DNA of 55,890 nucleotides, filler included, from Sphacelaria rigidula (lineage: Eukaryota), in NCBI GenBank assembly GCA_964200075.2. It is 6 parts of 6 records of this genome, joined end to end, with 100 filler letters (N's around TTAATTAATTAA, not from the genome) between each part and the next. Parts side by side here need not be neighbours in the genome. Positions count along the whole stretch, not along the records: positions 46,660 to 55,890 come from CAXNAA020008980.1; 5 more parts are not named here. One strand, written 5' to 3'. This document shows positions 50,201 to 55,890 of the stretch, piece after piece. A program made the position numbers and the translations under genes. The notes beneath the pieces are model-generated. The model saw only the letters and a program-made list of their open reading frames with translations, was not told where the DNA came from and did no database searches. Each line of letters starts with the position of its first letter. Position 1 is the stretch's first letter.

Positions 50201-52470
50201 CTCAATGCAAAACACTGAAATGCAACGCCGACCGTGGCATGCCTCCGCCCCATAGTGGGACGTTGGTACACCTCGCCGAAGACTCTCTCCGGTCGACGCC
50301 GATCTCGGTCGGGCCAACATCAAACAGACATAACTTGCTACAGCGCAGCCCTCAAGATCAGCCGTTGTCCTGTCTCGCGAAACAACTGCTCAAATATTCC
50401 CTTGTGATTGCTTCTCGCAGGCGATCCACTACCAGAAGTACATCTCAGATGGACTCCCCCTGTACGATGCCGAGGTGTGCATCAAGATGGACCCAGACTT
50501 TTCCAAGTACGCATCGGTATTGTCGCGCGTGTTGACAGGTTCCGGCCGTGGCTGGGCAGGGGCGGAGGGGATACGTTTCCTGGTGATGTAATATAAAGAG
50601 AAGCAGACCGTACTGTTTATCATCCAATAGTGCCCACGTGATATATGTATCCCAACGGAGAAATATTAACGCGTCCATGTGGCATGAGTACGGTACATTA
50701 TCTTCACCGACAGGTGCTACCCGCAGATTGCCTTTGCGCCGATACTCCCCTGCTCAATGGACGAGTCCAACTGTAGCCTTTTGCTGACAGCGACGTGACC
50801 CCTGTTTACTTTTTTCGTATGTGCTGCTGCCCATCTTCACTAGCGCATACAAAGCTATTCATTCCGCCATGAACATGACCAAGACATTCGCTGGGGAGCA
50901 GGGCGTCATGCCCCTCAACGTTGCCATGGAGATGCGCTTTACCAAGCATAGTGATAGCCCGCTGTCGCCTGCCTACGGTGAAGAGGTGAATCAGGCGATC
51001 GTTCCAACGGCAGTGTGTTCTGTGTTGCCCTCTCTCGACCGTTACTACGTACCACCATCCATATTCATTTGTGAAATGGCCACGTTGTCTGCAATGTAAG
51101 AACATCCGGATTTCCAGAGCAGGACGTGTATCCATAGAGACTGCCGCCGTTTCAGGTCATGCACGAGGTAAGTGGCATAGTTTTGCCCACGGAGCGACGT
51201 TGCGTCTCCATGTAGTCGGTCTCGATCCGTGTGTTCTGTTTCATGTCTCTTGATTTACCACTAGGGCGACGTGTTCATGTGGATAGAGGTCTTAACGGCG
51301 CTTCTCACCCCCGGAGTACTGGAGTATTCAACCGCAATCATCGACGCTTGGCTCGATGTTACCCTCGAGGTAAGAAAGCCTCACTGTCTTGCACCACAAG
51401 CTCAACGTGAAACTCAAATGACGATATCCAGAGTCCGTTGAGTGATTTTACAGGAAGGGAGGGAGGGAGGGAGGGAGGGAGGGTGGTTGTTGTTTGGATC
51501 ATTTCTTCAGCGAAATTCCACTTCCAGTGGTAGTTGAAAGTAGCGACGTTAGTGCGAATGTGCATGTTCCCAAAAAGGTACACTCAGTTATCCTGCTTGA
51601 CAACGGTTCCACTTAAATAGAAGCGCATCGCCACTGTGTTTGGTCGTTGGACACACCTGGACCGCCTATTTTTCACGGAGTCACCCCCCCCCACATTGTA
51701 GGATCACTCCTACAATGGGCTCTCTGGCTAGTGGCTGTAATGCGTGAGAGGACCGCGTGCTTAGAGGACCGCGCCGTAGTTTAAAACACCTCAGGATCGA
51801 CGTTTTTCAAAACCGATCGGATCAGTCCCAGGAGGCACCACGCCCCTGACCCTAACCCCGACCCTAACGATAGTGATTTTCAAATTCCGATGCGGTCCTC
51901 TAAGCACGCGATCCTCTCACGCATTACAGTGGCGTTCAGTCCCTCGCCAGAACCACCAAGCTGACCTGAAGAAGAAAGACGCGATGTAGAGTCAATGCTC
52001 AATGTGCAACGTGGTGTATGTGTGACTTACAACCATGACTGTGCGCGACTGTGACCCCCGAAATATGTAGAACGCCTTGTCCAAGCCATGGGATATATGA
52101 ACGTTCGTCATGCGCTAGGGGCATGGTCGCCGGCGAGCGCTAGGGTAGATTTTTCTGCAGCAAATCTGTGTTGCTCCCATTTTATGCACAATAAACGCAT
52201 TCCTCTGTTCTTAAGAACTTAATCCAGCCGGGTCCTGCCGCGTTCCTCGTACATCACATCATCATCTATTATATCTGTTTGCAGGATGGATCTCAGGCAA
52301 CTCGCCCACACTGGGCAAAGCTAACGGAGGCCACTGTGTCCGGTGCGGATACAAAAATGAAGAGAGCATATGCCGATCGCCTTCCTCTCCTCAAGTCTCT
52401 CTCAGAAGAATTTGATCCGAAACGCGTGTTCGTGAACAACTATTTCGAAAAGCTGTTTGCCGAAGAGTAG
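47235..52470 (+). CDS. 5'-partial FAD-linked aldonolactone oxidase family protein (D-arabinono-1,4-lactone oxidase / L-gulonolactone oxidase ALO C-terminal domain)
   Basis: Exons 47235-47348, 48152-48271, 50421-50506, 50844-50985, 51265-51369 and 52285-52470 (TAG), all AG/GT and in frame. Motifs PLNVAMEMRF....SPLSPA, WIEVL, RPHWAK, FDPKRVFVNNYFEKLF. The first two exons are less certain than the last four. Confidence 0.85.
47581..47791. mobile_element. second copy of the TGTAA..TTACA element
   Basis: Same TIR and body; TSD caaag / ctaag; internal ccctgaccctaatcccaacactaaccctaacc. Confidence 0.78.
48961..49220 (+). repeat. dispersed repeat, homolog of 271-533
   Basis: Same colinear motifs as 271-533. 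Confidence 0.75.
51736..51928. mobile_element. non-autonomous TIR element with TGTAA..TTACA ends and 5-bp TSD
   Basis: ~37-bp TIR tgtaatgcgtgagaggaccgcgtgcttagaggaccgc; perfect TSD gtggc; internal ccctgaccctaaccccgaccctaac. Confidence 0.8.
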
Positions 52471-54606
52471 GTGCGCCCGCTCAATGACATGCGAGGATGC
52501 AGTATGGCAGTTCCGGGGTGTCCAACCCTGTTTGTGTCGGGGGTTGGTGTGTTTGTGGTACTGTCCGTTAAAGACACCTTCCGAAGCTTACCCGTGATTC
52601 CATGTCCTCAGCTGGTGCATGTGAATCGGGGAGTGTGTAGATTGTACAGAAAGTTCCGCTCTTGGTAAAGTCGAATTGGATCCCGGGGGCCATTGCATCT
52701 TGCGGCGAAGAGGGATTTCAGAAAGTGTTGCTCTGACAGAGGAGCCCCTGTGAGGTGTGACTCGAGACACTCACGGGTTTATGGCATGCTGCTGTTGAAT
52801 ATCGGAAATAAACAATTGAGCTTACATTTACCGCGAGTCCTCCACAGGTGAGGGTGGACATGTGCTTTTCATTAGCTGGTGTCACCTTCCGAGCAGCAGT
52901 TGGTCCCCCCCGAACGTAAGCCGACTCCGGGGCATTGCATACTACTGAGTAGTCGTCAATAATGTGTGGAGTTCTTCGTCTCTTTCGAATTTTCATCATG
53001 AGCATCGCGCGCGAGGTCTGGCGGATGTATCTAGGGTTGTTCCGTATCGTTGAAGGGTAAATGTGAAAAAAAAAACACAGTCTTCGGCCATGCAGGTGGT
53101 GCCATAGTGTTGCTGGTGCCGTAGGATGCGCCGAGTTGTTTTTCGGACTGCAAAATTCATGCTGCAAGAGAGTGCAAACGCTGTCTGAGCGCATAAGTGC
53201 ACATCGGCCGTTAGGCCAGATAAAGATTGCGGTGTATACTGCCCTTGCAGCAACTTGCCGTATAGTCCACGAGTGTACAGTCAAGGTGATTCTATCGGTT
53301 GAACACAGAAATTGCGTTGAACTTCGCCACATTATTTTGCTGGAACGGAGTTTTTTCAAGTATGATGCGTATCATGGCTGAAGATTTCAAGAATACAGCT
53401 CTTTTATTCAGGGGATATGGACAATGATCCGGTAGGTGCTGTATTAGCCTGCTGTACGAAACAAGAATCTCCAGGTATATCTGCTTGCTAAGCCTGGAAG
53501 GCAAAGAAGGGACGTAAAGCAATACAGGTATCGCTGACAGCAGGAACTAAAAGCATGCGTGCGGCTGCGTGACAGGCATAGTCCCGGTTTTCGTTTCCTC
53601 TTGTATAGGGCTTGCGTGTGTTATTCGGAGAAAGTGAATGATGCGTGGTGAACTGTGCCGTAAGGTACCGCCCTTTTTTTTGTTCTCGCAGTCATCGCCC
53701 GAGTGAGTAGCTGGGTTGACTCCTCGGGCATGAACGTGTATCGCCCTGGGGTGAAGACATGATTGATTGATAAGTTGCGTCGGCGTCATTCGTCACCGCG
53801 TCTATACGCTAAGATATAACGGTCGATGGGGAGTATGCTGTGTGGCGTGTGGAGCATCTGCGATCGATAAGTGGTGTATCGAGGTCCATTTCACTCGTAG
53901 TCACGCCGAGTTGCCGATACGCGTGATCAACCCGGAGCGAGTGGGTTTTGAAGCATCATCTAGCCGTTTGCTTCTCCACCAGCGCCGACTATTATTCCAA
54001 TTTCACGAAGTGAATTTAGTTTCTGCTGCGGGTAAAATCTCGACTAAGCGATTTTTTACGACTCCGTTCTTGCGATCTGATTCTTGCGACCCGATTCTTG
54101 CGATATTTTTTTGCTGGATTTCTCCTCTCTAAAACCCCTATCGATTTCGTTTTTTTGGGGACAACTTCGTCAAGCAGACACCAAACGCATCCTGCTCCAA
54201 GGGGCACTTGGACACACAGCAGTTGCCGCTGCCTACCTAGTATCATCCTCGAAATCGATTGTTGAGTGAGAACCCCCAGGGTTTGGTGCCCGTGCACAAA
54301 GAAGGATGATCTTCATCTAGTATCATGCTCCGAAACGTACCTGACAAGGGGGTAACATCCACGTAAAGACAATAGCAATGCTAGTGGACTCCACGTCATG
54401 ACTATCTGTGACAGTCTGGCAGCCGGCAAGGTGGTTATGATAGTGTCCTTGTAGCGATGTCAACGTACAGTGCACTGGAGCAGAGTTTGCAGGTAAATAT
54501 TTCGGCAATTGCCTCACCTGCAGTTCGCCCAGATGTTGCGGATTTTTTCTCGACATTACATACATGTACAGGTGGAGAAATACCAGAAACCCTGTGGGGC
54601 ACGTCT

Positions 54607-55009
54607 ACAGGGTTCAGGGAAATTGTGCAGTGTTTCTCGCGGAGATTTGGCGGTAGGGTGGGTTTTGCGCCACACAGTACGCTTCACAGGGTTTCAGGGA
54701 AACTGTGCAGTGTTTTTCGCGGGGATTCGGTTGTAGGGTATTTTTTCGCGCCGCACAGTACGCTTCACAGGGTTTCGTCACCCCGTGTACTGTTCATTGT
54801 TGTTAATATGCTGTATAGTGTTTATAGCGCACATGCAATCTACTCCACCTAACAGCATGGGCATGGTACTGGTAGAACAAAATGTACGCTTCACAGGGTT
54901 TCGTCACCCCGTGTACTGTTCATCGTTGTTAATATGCTGTACAGTGTTTATAGCGCACATGCAAACTACTCCACTTTACAGCATGGGCATGGTACTGGTA
55001 GAACAAAAT
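54607..55009 (+). repeat. composite tandem repeat: two ~80-bp units followed by two ~126-bp units
   Basis: gtacgcttcacagggtttc recurs at ~54677, ~54758 and ~54884; 54758-54883 is nearly identical to 54884-55009. Confidence 0.8.
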
Positions 55010-55890
55010 GGCAGCGATTTGGCAGTGGTGGGTATTGAACTCGCAATTTCGTTCTCCGGAGTACGACGAGGTAGACATTAAACCACCTACGATCTATTGT
55101 TGACATGTCACATATTTTTGTGCTTTTACTAAATATTAAGCAAAAGCCTCCATGAACAAAAGCATGATTGACTGAGTGATTTTTTCTAAACACCATTTGG
55201 TTTTTCTTGGTAGACATTGAACAACGGGGTTTTCATGAATCATGTAAATAGATATGCGAGGTATACACCTTCATCCCAGCATCCACGCCTAAAGCCAAAG
55301 CATCGTATCTAAGCTCAGGCGTGTGGACATACACTCGTGAGCAGTGTTTGAGACTTGTATTCCGCAGAAGCTGTTCTCTCAGGGGCACCTGAGAGGTATC
55401 CGTGTGGGAAATAAAAAAAGGGCGGTGGTGTTGGTGGTGGTTGTTGTGATCCCTTGTCATTCGACGGGCCAAACCCTTGCACTTTTTCAAATCAAGTGTC
55501 CTTCACGCTAAAAACCACCTCATTGCGCATCTGTAGGTAGTATAAGGATCCGCACAAAGTTTTAGGTCATTTCGTCCTCCCTGGGTTGAGTTTGACCCAT
55601 GGCTGCTAATTATGCGGCTGTGCCCCGCGCTGAACGGACGGTGGGTCGGAGAGATGTAACACACGCGCACAAAATCTTTGGAATAGTACATCTCTGTCAA
55701 TACGGAAGCAAAATGAACGTATGGCATATCAAATTAATGATCTCCTTCATCACAAATACATCCACACGTGTTTTATTGTCACCGTTTCCTGTGCGTTCAG
55801 ATATTGTGGTCTATCGTCCCAGGGGTTACGCTACAAACAGCCGATTTTCGAAAATGGGGTTGAAAAAAAAAATGAGGTTCAACTCAAAAG

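Noticed and set aside
31476-52470. Functional cluster of lipase, ferredoxin and lactone oxidase
   Set aside because: The genes are on different concatenated contigs, so adjacency is artificial.
54607-55009. CRISPR-like repeat-spacer array
   Set aside because: The spacers are themselves duplicated, the context is eukaryotic and there are no cas genes.

Overview
Eukaryotic, intron-rich, repeat-rich DNA. Exon style and gene families are most consistent with a brown alga or related stramenopile (inference). The window is not one locus. It is six unlinked pieces (1-9232, 9333-18564, 18665-27896, 27997-37228, 37329-46559, 46660-55890; 9232, 9232, 9232, 9232, 9231 and 9231 bp) joined by identical 100-nt linkers (44 N + TTAATTAATTAA + 44 N), i.e. 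length-sorted concatenated contigs. Five spliced genes could be reconstructed by hand with consistent intron phases. (1) The 3' part of a brown-algal-type protein, possibly of the Zn2Cys6 transcription-factor family. (2) An apparent in-frame fusion of a calmodulin-lysine N-methyltransferase C-terminus to a YFH7/uridine-kinase-like P-loop kinase, the most striking observation. (3) A DUF676 alpha/beta-hydrolase. (4) A minus-strand PDZ + 2Fe-2S ferredoxin with a probable GC-AG intron. (5) The 3' part of an ALO-domain FAD-linked aldonolactone oxidase. Contig 3 is mostly transposon debris (RTE LINE, hAT remnant). Repeat families visible from the sequence include a tRNA-headed SINE (6 copies), hAT-type MITEs with 8-bp TSDs, a TGTAA..TTACA element with 5-bp TSD and telomere-like motifs, and a tandem fold-back palindrome.
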